A DNA stretch of 64,000 bases from Kudoa neothunni. Its lineage: Eukaryota; Animalia; Cnidaria. Shown here piece after piece: positions 37,663 to 52,100 of this stretch. Position 1 is the stretch's first letter. Every line of letters begins with the position of its first letter. The notes under the pieces were generated by a model, which saw only the letters and a list, made by a program, of their open reading frames with translations, did no database searches and had not been told where the DNA came from. A program made the position numbers and the translations under genes. The stretch is from contig OZ199838.1 in the NCBI GenBank assembly GCA_964304625.1, positions 9,637,245-9,701,244 on the forward strand, in the 5' to 3' direction.

Positions 37663-40600
37663 CCCATTCCGGGTCCACTATTTTAATTTTTATAACGCAT
37701 ATAAATTATTATTGATTAAAAATTACATTTTCATAGAAAAATGTAAGAATTATTAAAGGGTCGAAAAGGGAATAAAAACTCACCGACGTGCGATTTTCTA
37801 ATTAAATGTCGTGTCACCGAATGCGCGAAAAATAAACAGTTTTATATCGATTAAAGTCAAAACTACTATTTATTATGAAAATCTATCGGACATGTAATCA
37901 GAAGATAATTTGGGAAACTTTGACAAAAGTAGATAGTCTCCTTTTCTCAGCATTAGTACTCACCATAGGTCGACTACATAATACCACAGCATGGATGTTT
38001 GTGACGGATCATCATCGAATTTATTTTTAAAATAATTTGTACTGATCAAATTGGCTACAATTTATCCAATATGATTTAACCCTCAGGAGCACGCGCAAAA
38101 ATTACTACGCAAGAGCACGCATGGGGTCTAAAAGACCCCACGAAGAAAATAATGAAAATAATACGTTTTATTCAATAAAATAATTATCGTTTAACAAAAA
38201 AACTATCGCATATAGTTTTAGAATGTTTTTTGCAAATATTTCCCCAACAAATATTGCATTTTGATTGAGTTTTACGATCATTTTGCCTAACACATATATG
38301 ACATCTTCTTCTATCTGCAGCAGTAGATATTTGGTCACATTCTTTAATTTTTGCCCCATCTACATTAATATTATTAATACATAAATTAATTTTTACTTTT
38401 GCGATTCATTTGTTGCTCTAGCAATTGTAATGCTAACGATTTTAAGAATTCTTTTCTCCGAATATTTTTCTTCGTATTTAAACAATAAATTACATATGAA
38501 TTTCTTGAAACTACATCTAGGAGCGCATGAAATATTACTGCTGGCCACCTTCTGGTAGTTCGATAGGTAGAATAATTGGCGCACATTTGGTCGATTGTGT
38601 CTACACCTCCCTTGGTGGAATTATAAAATGAAATCATTTCAGGAAGTTTCTGGGGATGATTTGAATCTATTATTGGTTTATGGTGAAAAGAACTCAATAA
38701 TATGACAGATTTGTTTTTTTCGAAGTGTATGACAGCAATGTAAAATCTTTGGGAAAACCAAACATGGACGAGTATATCTCTTTTGTCTTCGATGGTAGAA
38801 ATTCCGAAGGAATCGCCTTTTTATTTTTTCTAATAGTACCACATGCAGTGATACCACGTTTCAATAATTCTTCGAAGAGAGGAACTGAGGTAAACCAATT
38901 ATCTACCGTAACGTTTCTACCAGAACCTAAAATCGGTTCCACCAACCGCAGTACTAAACATTAGGTGAGTTGTCAATTTTATGAGTGCCAACATTTTGAG
39001 CACTGAAGTATACCTTAATATTTAAGGAATAAAATGTTTTGGCATCGGCCATACCATATTAAAGATTTTTATGCCACATTTTGCGGGTTTTAGAGGCATG
39101 TATTGCTTAAAAATACAGTTGCTGCTGAATGCCCGAAGCATTTCGTCAATTGTTAAATATCCGGTCGGAGTATAGTATTTTAAGAAATTGGATTTTATGC
39201 GGCTAATAACATCTCTAATTTTAAATAATTTATCATTAGAGGACTCCAATGATATTGACGAATCATTCGTAAAACGTGGACAACGTTTCAATAACTTAAA
39301 TCTATTTTGGCCGAATACTTTTTTGCAAATGGGAAATCCAAAGATATCATCTGCCCAGAGTTCATTCATATTGGTTAAATTAACTTTTTTTACTCCAAGA
39401 AAATAATGTAAACCTATAAATGCTTTTAATTCACATAAATCAATTTCAACGCAATCTCTTTTTCGTTTGAAATTAGTTTGTATTTGTTTTAGGTGGTCAT
39501 TTGTAAAATGTAGTATGTCGTTCAGTATTTCGTCTGTAATAAATAAACTCCATATCTCAGACTCTGTATTAACATTATCAGGAAGATTGATTTGATGTTT
39601 TTCTTGAATAATATCATGTTTTCTTTTTTTGCCAAACAAACCGACTGGATTAAGCGACCATTCATAATTCTTTCCATGTAATGTTTCCTTATTAATATTT
39701 GAACAGTCAACAATCAATTCATCATCGCCAATGTCTTTTGACAAATCAGAATCAGATACATCACTATTTTCTGATAGTATGTTATCCAAATAGGAGTCAG
39801 AGCTATATGTCTCCGAATCCGACGAAAACATATCACTGCTATCATAATGTAAAAAATTTTCAAAATCCATATCTGTTAAATCTCTATATTTTTTGTAAAA
39901 AAATATGCGAATAAAATTAATTACGAGTCATTAGCTTAAACCGAAAAAATACTACAGCGATATTAAAACCACATGGGGTCTTTTAGACCCACGCGTGCTC
40001 CGGAGGGTTAATAGACTGTTTTTCTCTTAAAAAATTAAGCATTCTTCAAGAATGATCTGCTGTCAGCGATATCATGCTGGTAAAATGAGGCCATTACCAT
40101 GCTCAGAGGTAATTCTTATTCTGTAACACGAGATAGAAATCTCCATGTTATCCATACCACTCATATCGTTGTTGTACATATGTAATTTGGGGCTGCTCGA
40201 TCGAAACATTGCGCCTTTTGTCCTACAATAGCGTGTTACACGTAGAATTGGTTCAACAACAAGTGAAATGCTAAAATAGGTAACAGGCTACGTATCGTTC
40301 CGTTACATACGATTAACTTCAATTCTGCAATCTTAGAAATATTCATAGTAGCCTTGGTAGTTTTTCCTCATTAATGTCGGAATTGTCATTGGGTAGCTCG
40401 AAGTTTGGTTCATTCTTACTGATCGGATAGCATTAACATTTCTGTTATATTAAACCAATAACTTGTATGAGTTAAAAAAATTGTCAAAGTAGGCATGACA
40501 TATACCTCTATCCTTTGGCTCATCGACAAAATTTAGCATGACGCTTCCACCTTGGCCAAAATTCTTGGTGTATATTTCTGCCTTATCTGTATATACATTG

Positions 40601-41868
40601 AAAATATAAATATTCCCATCAGAAGAAGCTAAACCTCAATGTTTAAACCCGAAACGATCGGACTTTCCCTTCATATACATTTTTTACGAATGATGACCAA
40701 TATACGAGGGCATCTATTCATCAACAGATAAGGTGTTGTGAAAATATCTAAATTTATTGAAATTTTATTCAATCTTCTAATTATTGATCTCGTCTTGAAC
40801 AGCTTATCGTCCTTATCAAGCTCAAACTTATTATTAAAATGAATGTACCCTTTTGTCAATTAGAATATTTTATAGTTCACAGACTTTTTTACAATTTCAA
40901 CCACAGAATCCATCGAAGGTTCTTCATACAAATGCTGCCGAGATAGTCGATTGTATGTGGATAATATTAAAATACCAATAAAAGATTTAAATTCTTTTAT
41001 GGTTAAGTGAAAAGTTTAATTATTGTTTGGCATAAATATTTGTTTCTTTAGCAATATTTAGAACAAGAATTTCCTCGGAAAATTTTTTACAATACTTCCT
41101 AAGACTCACCTATTCGTTGAGCCTTCATACATAATGCCACATTTATTTCGAGTAACTGTTTGGCAATCAGTGGCAATTACAAATGTATTTTTAGATTAGG
41201 ATATTTTACACTACGTGACACAATAATTATCATTAACGATACATTATTAATATATGAGAAAGCCTCTACTTCACCGCATGTTTTTGGACGGTTCCGATGC
41301 CATTGTTGTCATAATCTCTTGAAACAAAGGGGTGTTCTTCACCAGTCAGAATACCAATATTACCCTGGGACTCGAGGTAACGTCAAAAACTCAGCTGTGT
41401 TTAAAATATCCACATGTTTTTCATTATCACCATCAGAATCAACTATGTTTCCGCATGCCGATGTAAAGTCGTATGTATTAGGTCAGGTAACCGATTAATT
41501 GGAATTTAGCACGTCGGGGGGTTTTCGTTCCCTTTTTGGCACTGTACTATATTGCTTATATTTCTTTCCTCCTGTAACGGTTTGACCTATTTTGAAAAAA
41601 TATTATTTAGTCAATCTTCTTAAATTATAATTTACCTTTAGAATTTTAAATTAATTATTTCTACGAAATTACTGTTCTATTACTACCTCAGTATACCATG
41701 ATTACTATATAGTACATAATCTCAAAAGATGTGAGTTCATAATTGAAATTTAATTTTTAATTAAATTTAAAATGAATTAATACATGATATATTATGATAT
41801 AATACTCATTGACGGATTATTAAAATTCTTAGAGAGACAACAATGAGGGAACGAAAACCCGGGATGGG
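37663..41868 (-). mobile_element. Decayed PGBD3-like piggyBac (outer element)
   Basis: TTAA|CCCATTCCGGGT ... ACCCGGGATGGG|TTAA, with an internal inverted end copy at about 41515. Remnants DKDDKLFK, LSVDE, IVSGLN/RFGFK-type region and YFDNFFNSY on the minus strand at 40000-41500. Confidence 0.82.
38080..40007 (-). mobile_element. Full-length piggyBac with frameshifted transposase (38168-39870), nested in the outer piggyBac
   Basis: TTAA TSDs at 38076 and 40008; TIR CCCTCMGGAGCACGCG; palindromes GGGGTCTAAAAGACCCC. DDD motifs LTIDEM, VTVDNWFTS, KGGVDTIDQM, plus a C-terminal Cys-rich domain. Confidence 0.95.
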
Positions 41869-42186
41869 TTAAACCACCCCCCTTAACGCTATAGGCACCT
41901 CAGGACGAGTAACATCTACCCCCTCGCCACTTATCTTTCTACTGTAATGTGGGAGTTTAACCCATTTAACATCCTTGTATGGAAACAACCCCCCAACCCT
42001 ATTCATATGGACTTTATCTCTAGAGATTTCAATCTTGTTAATGTATCCTCGACGACTCAAACATCTAATTTAACCTCCTATGCCAGACCGAACTATAACT
42101 GCAGATGGAATTACACTTATAATGCAATTGCACTCTAACAACAGCACCCATTACGGGATAGAGACATTCGTAAGGAAACAGTAAAA

Positions 42187-42260
42187 TGATCAGAAGCGGG
42201 AATTGAACCATGCACCTCCTGGGAATGAGTCCAGTCACCACATCACTGGGCTATCTGCCG
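42187..42260 (-). tRNA. Degenerate tRNA-like sequence (CAT anticodon position); probably a SINE head, not a functional tRNA
   Basis: Minus strand GGCAGATAGCCCAGTGATGTGGTGACTGGACTCATTCCCAGGAGGTGCATGGTTCAATTCCCGCTTCTGATCA has A-box- and B-box-like motifs but imperfect stems. Confidence 0.55.
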
Positions 42261-42812
42261 TCAGCTCTCAGCAAAAGATTGAGGTAGGCGTCATCTTCAT
42301 AATCAATAAGAGAAATGAATCAGTTACACATAAAGGTCTATCCCCAGATGCAAATCGTGGATTGTTTCGTTGTTTAAAAAAATCAAATTTTATGGTGAAT
42401 CTGTTAATGTCAAGCCTTAAACTACTTCACTTCATAGTAGATCAACCAAATTATAGTATTATGCAAATGATTCTCTGAAGATCGTATCTATAATATAGAC
42501 GAGATTGTTGTATTATACCAAAAGTAGTGAGGTGAATATTTCATATTTTTTTCAAAATACCAGCTATCGGTACTCGTCAAAATTCAATACATATAAGGAT
42601 CAAAATGACTTCTCACAATATTACTAGGGGCACCAATGAAAGGGAAATTAAGTATTTTTGAATATACAATTCAAATTTTAACTCATAAGATATTTTTGAC
42701 AGCGTCGTAAAAGCATAGTATAAAATAGCAATATCCGAGTAAAAACGCATAAACAATTAATTTAGTAGAATATTGGAAAAGTTTCAAGATATTTTTAGGA
42801 CACTACCGATAA

Positions 42813-45800
42813 TCAATTAGAAAGTATTTCTTTAACGAGAGCAACAACATCAGACACAATTTGTGGATTGTTGCTTCTACAAATGAACTCACATTGTTGA
42901 GTGGTAGGGCTGTTTGCGATTTGTAACAAGAACCCGTAACCATTACTCAATGCACAAAAACACATCAACAGTTCTTTTTCGGGTGTCATATTTTGGTACG
43001 CAGTGAATATGAAATTAGATTTCAAATAGTTTATCAAATCATTACCACCGTACTTGCAACTACAAACAGTGGGATGAATAGAAGGTGCCGGTGGGAAATT
43101 TTCCCAACGTTGCATGAATGATTGTTGATCTATTTCAATATAAGAAGAAATTAAAACAAAAACTATCGGCAAATTAGAGAGCTATTACCCATAACAGCAA
43201 CTGGATAAGGTACAAAACAAAAATGCAAGGGAATCAAACAATGGAACTGAAACACGTCGACATTATTTTGAATAGCCACATGAAGAACATTGATAGGTGT
43301 TGTGGTGTTAACTGCCCCCTCTAAAATACGACAGTATATAAACTACATAAATACGTATAAACTATATAATCTCATGGATTAATAAGAAAATAATGTGTAA
43401 TAAAAATTACGATAGTTAAGCGGAACAGTAACTTCAGCAATTTGTTGCGGCGAGAGTCGATGGGGGAACACTGCACCAGGTGACAAACCAATTCCAAATG
43501 TATTTCTATCGATTGCTATGGTAAAGTCGGAGAGTACACCCAATGACACATTGGTCATTGTCAAATTCATGAAAAGTATTCCAGACCGATACGTGAATGT
43601 GCCACTTATTTCAAGACCTTTTCCATTGGTTCGATCAAGGAATAAGGTTTTAGGAGGCGAATAAATCATATGATGGGATTCTTGGCTTAAGTCAACGTTT
43701 TGAAATGTATCCATATTGTTGCCATAGTTTGAGTATTGTGTAGAACCCATCATACTGTCGGTAATTCCCATCTAAAGGTCATGGTTTTATGAGTTTATCT
43801 CACGAAATACGCGTACCGATAATTGACCCATAACATCAGTTATTTCATTGAGATCGTTTTGACCGATAGATAATCCACCACTGGGTGAGTTGGATAGTTG
43901 ACTTTCGTTAAGGTCGAGCAATAGATCTTCAACAACAGTTTCAGCGTTGGCTGAGGTGGGTCCCTTGTTAGGAGTAACTCCACCCGTATTGTTTCCACTT
44001 TCCACCTTAGTGGCACTTGATTTTGTTGGAGCGAACGGATTTTTGAAACCTCCAGTGCGACTTTGAACAAAAGCATGCGGAGTTTTATGATAGATACTAG
44101 CTAACGTAGCCAAATGAGACAACAGTTCTGCCACTAATGTTGAATCCAAGTTGGTAGTTTGTTCAGAAATTAAAGGTTTATCTGCAAGAACAATATCTCT
44201 AGCGGATTTGGAATCGGTAGAGAGAAGTCTCCAGTAGATATGCCCTCGGTCTCTGAGATCTGGATTCCCGCATTTCTGAGTGACAATTGTCAAAATTTCT
44301 TGCACGAGATCTTTGTGTTCTTTGGGGTTGCGAAGGAATAGTTTTACGACAGCGGTCAACAGTTGCAGTTGAACAACGGTAGCTTCATCGAGGAACCCGT
44401 CGAAAAAAGCGCTCAAAACATCCCCAATATTGTTGATGCTGTCGGAAAATTCTCCAAGAATCCATATCAAAGCAGCTCTACTCAACGAATTTCATCCACA
44501 TTTATAGATCAATGGACACTAACAATCTACCTCGCTTCAGGTTCATCTATTGATCCTGCGGAAGCTGATACCATTTCAATTACGCTTTCATAACGATTGG
44601 GATATCTTCTGATAATGTCCTAATGTATAGAATAGTTAATTAAACTAAATAAACTTTTAAATCTATATTTATGAGGACAATTTAATTATTAATTTCATTC
44701 AAATATAAATTAAGTAATTTTTTCGTAAAAATAACAAATAGTAATATTATAATGAAATTAGTTTGAAGATAGATTTAATTAAATAGGCGAGAATAAAATT
44801 CTTGAATGGTATCTATAATCTATATGATAATGATGTTGTAGTCATACTTTAATAACAATGACAGATTCTTGGACCACGTAGTTGATTTGGGTTTGAATCA
44901 ATTCAAGAAGGATTTTTACGCAATGATCAGCAGCAATCTGTGAAAGGTCATTGTTGTCAATGGTATAAAAGAATACATTTAGATACTTTAACTTTTAAGG
45001 CGCAACGACCAATGGATCTAATAGCTTTTCGAACAAACTCAACATCAACTTCGGACGAATATCTAACAAAAATTCGAAATCAACACGTAAATAACTTCTC
45101 AAAATATTACTCCTTCAGCTCGGACAAAACAATATCAGCGTTCTCATCACTAACCAATCTGTTTAGAATCTCGAGTTTTTCTACTTTCACGTAGATGGGA
45201 TCGTTGTATTTGACAAAGAATGCTTTGACATCATTTTTTAGGAAAGTTGGGCTAAGGATAGTTTAAATAAAATCCTAGGGAGGAAGTCAACACATACAAT
45301 TTCTGAGTGATTATGTTGATATTTCGAAGAGCGACATACTGAATTTCCGATTCTGCAGAAAGTAATGTCACTGATAATGAAAATAATAGTCAATAATCAA
45401 ACGCCACTTAAAAACCTAAAGGAGGAGCCATTTTTTTGAGAAGACTTTGCAAGAATATTTCCTTATCGTCCGTGTAAGAGCTCATAGTCAGTAAAACCTT
45501 TCATTGTTTGTTAAAGGATTTAACTAACGAACAAAATAAAGAAAACCTACTTTGCATGTTGATAATACGACAGCAGCGTTAGAATGAGATAGACGTGATG
45601 TAATTCGTTCGCATATACTACACACACAAAATTAGAATTGATGTTATAAGCAGCCACTCTTATGGACTAAAATTTGTCGCCAATATCTATTTTTATTATT
45701 TATTTTCAATCAAAAACTTAATAAAATGACAAAAAATATTAATTAATAAACAAAGAAATGAAGTGATTAAATATTGAGGTTAAATTATAAAAATAATATT

Positions 45801-46856
45801 GTTATAGATTAAATAGCAATTAAATAAACGACAGTATCGTTAAACTATTAATGTCCATGCGAATGTTTTCAAACTGCAATAAACTTAATAAACTTTATAA
45901 AATATAAAATACTTTTTAGCTTCGTTTGCCGACTGAGGAATGTAATCGGAAATAGAATCCAAAATAAAAGTTTGACCCCATCTACAATGAGTCAAGATAT
46001 TTAGAATAAATCCACCATTACAAGCTACGCAATTAGATTAGTTAAGATACTCGGTGCATTCACTTAGACAGGTGAGTAATTTGCTGATGTTAGCGGAATT
46101 GAGCTCAAGAATTTTGGAAGGAGATTCGTGACTCAAAGCTATTTCCGTCAATGACGCGACCGTATTTGCAATAACCATCGGATTGGCATCGGACATCAAT
46201 TTTTGTAAAGTGATAATGAAACCCTGTTGTTCCACCATGTCAGGATTAATTCTATAGAATTTTGCAACACAAACCACAGCTGTTTTTCTAACATATGGAT
46301 CCTCATCCATGAGCGCCTTTCGCAATGGATTGCACAGATATTCGGCAATACTTTCCAATCGAATACATCCCATAGTTCGAATAGCCAAAGCTCTGATCAA
46401 AGGGTTGGGATCATCACAATCTTTCACAAAGGTATTCACTGCCATCAGTGCCATTTGAGGACGAACTTTAGCGTAATTCATCAAATAAAGATACACAAGC
46501 TTTTTTATTTCCAGCTTCTCATTCTGGAGACAACCAATCACATCAGCAAATAAAGAACTATATGATCGGAGGCAAGATTACAATTTATCATTAAATTTTG
46601 AAAGCTCTATCACCTAACATCCTTTCCCATTGTCATAAAAGAAATGACTTTTTTAAGCGCTTCTTTTCTTTTATCTTTTCGATCGCTTATTAAATCTTGG
46701 CGAACTTCCAATAGTTCTCCTATGCAAAATCAAGCTGTTAACATAGAGTGTTTGATTGTGCGTATGCGAGTTAGTGGAACAACTCAACTAGATGTTGGAT
46801 TGTGTTGAGAAACTGTGATAAGTACCTTTTTTGTGAGCTGGAAATTTTTCTGCCAT
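42813..46856 (-). CDS. AP1B1/AP2B1: AP-1/AP-2 complex beta subunit (beta-adaptin), multi-exon
   Basis: [13 protein letters not shown]...[17 protein letters not shown]...[13 protein letters not shown]...[18 protein letters not shown]...[14 protein letters not shown]...[16 protein letters not shown]. Hinge clathrin-box-like DLLLDL and appendage domains present. Confidence 0.97.
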
Positions 46857-47130
46857 CACTTAACGATTATTCCTACCCAACAAACAGCTATATCTAAGAA
46901 GATTGACTTTCCGTGCAACAACGAAAACTCAGCCGACATAGATTTCGTTGTTTAAACCTATTGATCAAAATCAAAATAATCTCTGTCGATATTATTATCT
47001 CGTTAGAAATGTTAGTTTAAAAACAAAAAAAAAAGAATTCAACCTTATACAATTAATAAACTCAAAATACACACATCCATTCAAAATATAAAAACAATAA
47101 CAATTGATTATATCTATCTAAAAATTGCCA

Positions 47131-47534
47131 TTATTTAAGATGAACATCTTTATTTTTCTCCAACCATTCAATCACACTCTTAACAGAATTCGATCTAAAA
47201 GATATGGACTCCTCGTCGTATCTATAAACTGTTCCCAAATTGGGAATATCATTCATTAGGCGTCTTGCTAATTCCTAAAATCAAAATTTTAAGATTTAAA
47301 CAAAAAGAACATTAATTATAGCTTTAATTTATCAGTTACCGTCTTATCGCCATGAATATTAGAGATCTTTGTAACAACTAACGATTGTTTGACCGATTTA
47401 CCCTTCTCTATTTTTGTTGTCTCTTCAACGTTTTCCGAAGTGACAAAATTACCACCTAACCTTAAAGATTTCCCAACATAATTAGTTGTCATAGACCGAA
47501 ATATTGGAATAAAACGGGAAAAATTCAAATTCAT
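47131..47534 (-). CDS. MRPL49: Probable mitochondrial ribosomal protein mL49 (Img2), 2 exons
   Basis: Presequence-like MNLNFSRFIPIFRSM. VTKISNIHGDKT|ELARRLMNDIPNLGTVYRYDEESISFRSNSVKSVIEWLEK resembles the mL49 core T.IRKVEGD...L....L.....V......L.IKG.....LK.WL. Confidence 0.55.
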
Positions 47535-49132
47535 TGTGAGAAAAGGTGCCCCAAAAAAATCCACTGATCGCTGTAACTCGTGATACTCGTGAAGGTTGTT
47601 ATTTGAATTTTAATGCTGCCTTCTGTGTTGATACTAAAGGTTTATGAATTATTTGAATTTGTATTATTTTTTACAACTAAATGGAGGAAGTTACGCTAAA
47701 TTGAGCGAATGATTATTCACCAATTGCGCTGTGGATTACTTCGCGGCAAAATGAGGTGGGTGAAAAGTATCAGGGAAATTCTAGCCTATTACCCCTTCAT
47801 GAGTAATGATTGATAGTTAAGTTAGATTAATAATGCAGTAGGTAAATGTCTTCTAGTAAATCCGATTTCACATAATTTTTAATACGATATTAAATTCCAA
47901 AAATTAATTTATTGGCAGTATGAAAATATTTTATAGTTACTCTTGTTAACTTAAACTTTTGTAATATTACTTCTGAGAAAATTGTTAAAATAGCTCAAAA
48001 GTCACGTGACGGTCTATTTTAAACATTTCCTCGCGTGATTCGTGTACTATTTTTTATATCTTGTTTCATTCAAAATGTAAATTTTAAAAATTGGGATAGT
48101 TCTTATGATAGAGAATAACAAAAAATTACATACTACATCATCCAATGATTCGACGGGTTTAATAACAAACAATATTTACTTTTTTCTATTATAAAACTTA
48201 ATGAGATTAAAAAATTAAGTATATTTATAGAATATATAGTGTCTTTTTAAATTAGAGGATAATCTAATTTAAAAAATATTGGAAAGTGAATCAGAGAAAC
48301 TAGATTTCTGTTCCAATAATATTCAGAAACTTGTTCAAACTTTTAATTAAACTACTCTATTTTGGGACCAGCAATAAATTTAAAGTATGGATGAATTTTA
48401 GGAGAAAGAAAGTGACTAAAAAATAAAAATTAGTTGTTATTTGAGTTTAAAGAAAATTACAACATGATCAATGTCTCCCTATTCGATTTCTTAGTGCACA
48501 AAGATACATTTTTTAAATAAAATCAGTCGTAAACTTCTTATTTGAGCGTGTGTTTTAATTCAAATAATTAAATGAGTGGTAAAAATATTTATTCTCCGAA
48601 GTATGTCATTAGAGTTTACGAATAATTATGTCGAATAATCATAGTCATATTTTATTATTAAAAAAATAATTGAATGATTCTTTTATTGTGCAAATCTGGG
48701 TTGAAAATGACACGTACTAATCTTTTGTAAGGAATGCGTTGAAGTATATACCTTAAATGTTGTCATCTAAACTATTATTCCTAATTGTTTTAAAACAGGA
48801 CCTCCAGAGTGAGGGTCCGAGACTCTATTTTAAGTCACGGAAAAATTTTCCAACCGAGCATACTTCGTACATAATATACCAGTTCTACGTAATCAGAATC
48901 ACTCTCGAGAGTATATCATGTGCGAAGCCGAGGCTAAAATAAGTGTGGTCAACAATAGACATTTGACGAATTTTACTAAAAATTAATTTATTTTCAATCT
49001 AAAATTTTTTATTTACTAGAATATAAAACAAAAATAATAATTTATTTTTTTATTCATGATCTAATTATTAAATTAAAATCATAAATGGTAAAAAATAAAG
49101 AACAATAAAATGTTCACTTCGTAATAAAATAA

Positions 49133-52100
49133 GGCAGTGGCTATTACCACGGGAATCAATCTCTCTGCAATTGTTGTCTCTATTAAATAACTAATTTCAC
49201 ATTACTATTATTTATATTTTTCTCTACTAAATTATAGAATTAGGTAACAATTAAGAATATCTTTTTTTACATATTTATATTGTTTATTTTATTGATCGCT
49301 TTCCATAATTAAATGAAAGATTTATTAATCTTAATTTAATGCATGATCAAAATTGTATTATATCATTTTCTGTCAATAATAAGATTAAAGTTAAAGAATT
49401 TTGTGTGATTTTGTAGGTCTGACATTACTCTTGAAGCGCGCGCCTTTACATGATATATTCAACCTCGTGTTATTTAATTTATTTCCAATCTTTACAATGT
49501 TTAAATTATATGATTTATTGTATTCTATTCATAAATTATGAACTTCAAGATAAAATATGCTCATTATATATCACAGAAATGATGTGAATTTTCCGCTTTA
49601 GATTTCAATATAGACAAGAATTTTGAAAAAATTAATCATAATTAGGTCATTTTTCTGAAATTAGATAAATATAACATGATGAACAATGGCTATCCTAGTC
49701 AAATAAATAATGATAGATCTAAGAAAATTTAGTTTTTTTTTTGTATCCAATAGTGGTTAAAGCGTATCCCTTTGGTCTCCCAACAGACTTCACTCGAGAG
49801 GGAATTTTTAAGGCTAAAATAATTTAAAACAAGAAAGGAAATGAAAGTACCGTCAAGCTCGATCATATTTAAAGTAGGTGCTAATTGATCTTTAGATAAA
49901 ACAGTTTGGAGCTCGGGAGCATTTTCATTTGAAATATTATTAACAATAATATTCTCGATAATCTCCTCACCTTGCGGAATAATATTATTACCAACACCCT
50001 CAACAATTATTTGAGAATTAAAAATATTCCCTATAACATCTATTTTTTGTAAGTTAGATACGAGTAAAATATTCAAGTTAAGTGTCATATACCTCTTCCT
50101 TCAGAGATATCTTCATCTTCGGCTATAGCCTCAGAGTATTCAATATTCAATGGTGCGATTTCCTAAAAATAAATCAAGAAAAATTAAGTTTTCTTAAAAT
50201 ACCTAATTGATTTATTTGTTTTATTAATTTGATGTCGTGGTTCTTGATTATTTTTTCTAGTGTTGAATAGTGATAGGCAACTATCATAAAACTCCCTACA
50301 ATATTCAGCGGACAAAGCTGCTAGCTTGTTTGTGTAAATCACAGAATTTTTTAAACGTTTTCCATAAGAATTAAAAATTCCTTTTTGTTTTATTGTAATA
50401 CTCTCTTTTGGTGTTATATTTATAGTTTCCATTTCCAAGAATCGGCTCATGTAATCTTTTGGCCACCTAGGGTGGCATAAATTTGAATCGAACATTGGAA
50501 GCAGGTTAAACGCTCTCTTTTTAAAAATATGACTACATGGAAGGAGATACGATCTGTAAATATAACAATTGCATTTTATGGATGTAGTTAAACTCTCTGT
50601 ATTAGTGTTTTCGTCAAAATTTTGAATTTGTTTATGGATTATATTGAAGGCAAATGGATTTAAATGATTAAAATACGCGTTTAGAACTTCATTTGAGGTA
50701 TCAAAATTAACTGGGTTCAATAATATTTTGGTTATATTGTATTTCCTTTCTATTCTCATTGATTTGAGAGCGTCAAAAAAATAACGGAAAAAATCATTAA
50801 GATTTGAAAATTTCTTTATTGTTTGTTTTAATTGACCATTAATGGCTTCTAATCTATTATTGGTCAAGTTTTCATAGAAATGATGTGTTTCACTTAATCC
50901 TATGACCCATTCATCAGCGATTGGTTCCCAATTGGATTTAAAATAGTTAATAAACTTATCGTTGCTTTGTTGAAAAAGGTTATTGCATAATTTATCGAAT
51001 TCATGTTTATTTTTCGAATAGATAATTTTATTAAGAGTTTCAAGCAATTGGTCCCTTTTCTCTCGTGTGATACCGTATTTCGACATAGTTATTTCACGTC
51101 TGAAACTTTGAGAAACATGAAATATACAGATCATTAGATTAGAGTTAGGAAATAGTTCTTTCAAACATTTCTTTAGAGTGTGGTGCTTGTCAGTAATGAT
51201 CGTTCGGACATTTTGAGTCATGTTCGGCATCATTTTTATTAGTTGAGAAATATACCATTTAATTGACTCCGCCGTTTCATCGTACAAGATGCAGCCGCTA
51301 GTTATGTGGGTTTCACCAACCGAGTCTTCTGCAACAGACAGATACAATGGCGCACTAATGAACTAATAAAACAACGAAATAGAGAAAACCTCCTAAGATT
51401 ACCGTGAGTCTAGCAGTTTATAGGTTGCATCAAGCATGAGTAACTCTGGAAAGAAATTAATTGTGTTGAGCATCTGTTTATCCATAAAAAAGATTCCACA
51501 AACATTTTTATTATCATCTGGTAAAACGTTCACCATGCAATTGTATTGATTCCTTAAAATTTCTAAAATTAAAGTAACGTTATCAGTTCCAACTTTAGAG
51601 GATTTTTTAATGTTGTGGATAGCTTTCAAAGGTATATTCTTGCCTGTCTCGTCATTTATCTTGGCTTGTATGAGCTTTTTGTTTGCTCCGAGAGAAAGAA
51701 GCTCTGACAAATAGCCGTCACATCGGTTTAATTTCCTCTGACTGGGTAAGTTTTCATAGATCCATGGATCATTTGGATGGTTATGGGCAGTGTTAGAAGA
51801 TCTAATCTCCAGGAAATTTCCATCTACACTTACTCTTAATGTAACTTTAAATGGGCAATCTCTCTTAAGGGAATTTTTCTTGCGTTCGCCTTTACCTCTA
51901 TTTCGGTAATGAGCTCCAAAGTAACATACGTAAGTTATTTCGTAATACACTAGCGTGTCTTTAATATTTCGATTAACCCGGTTTTGCACTGAGTCAGTTC
52001 TTCTTGAATCTCGAATCTTTAAATTCACAAAATGACTTTTCTCATACTCTTGAATATAAAATTTTAAACTTTCAAAAGTTTCAAATTTTATTCCAACATG

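Larger units (their letters stand above)
37617..42260 (-). mobile_element. tRNA-derived SINE interrupted by a piggyBac
   Basis: tRNA-like head at 42187-42260 and a GC-richer body to 41873. It appears to resume across the TTAA at 37659 and to end in AACAAGTTGCACCTTTTTT. Confidence 0.6.

Noticed and set aside
42187-42260. Functional tRNA-Met gene
   Set aside because: Acceptor and T stems pair poorly; the context fits a SINE head.
34193-46050. U12-type introns (donors GTATCC, GTATCT)
   Set aside because: None matches RTATCCTTT and no U12 branch site was evident.
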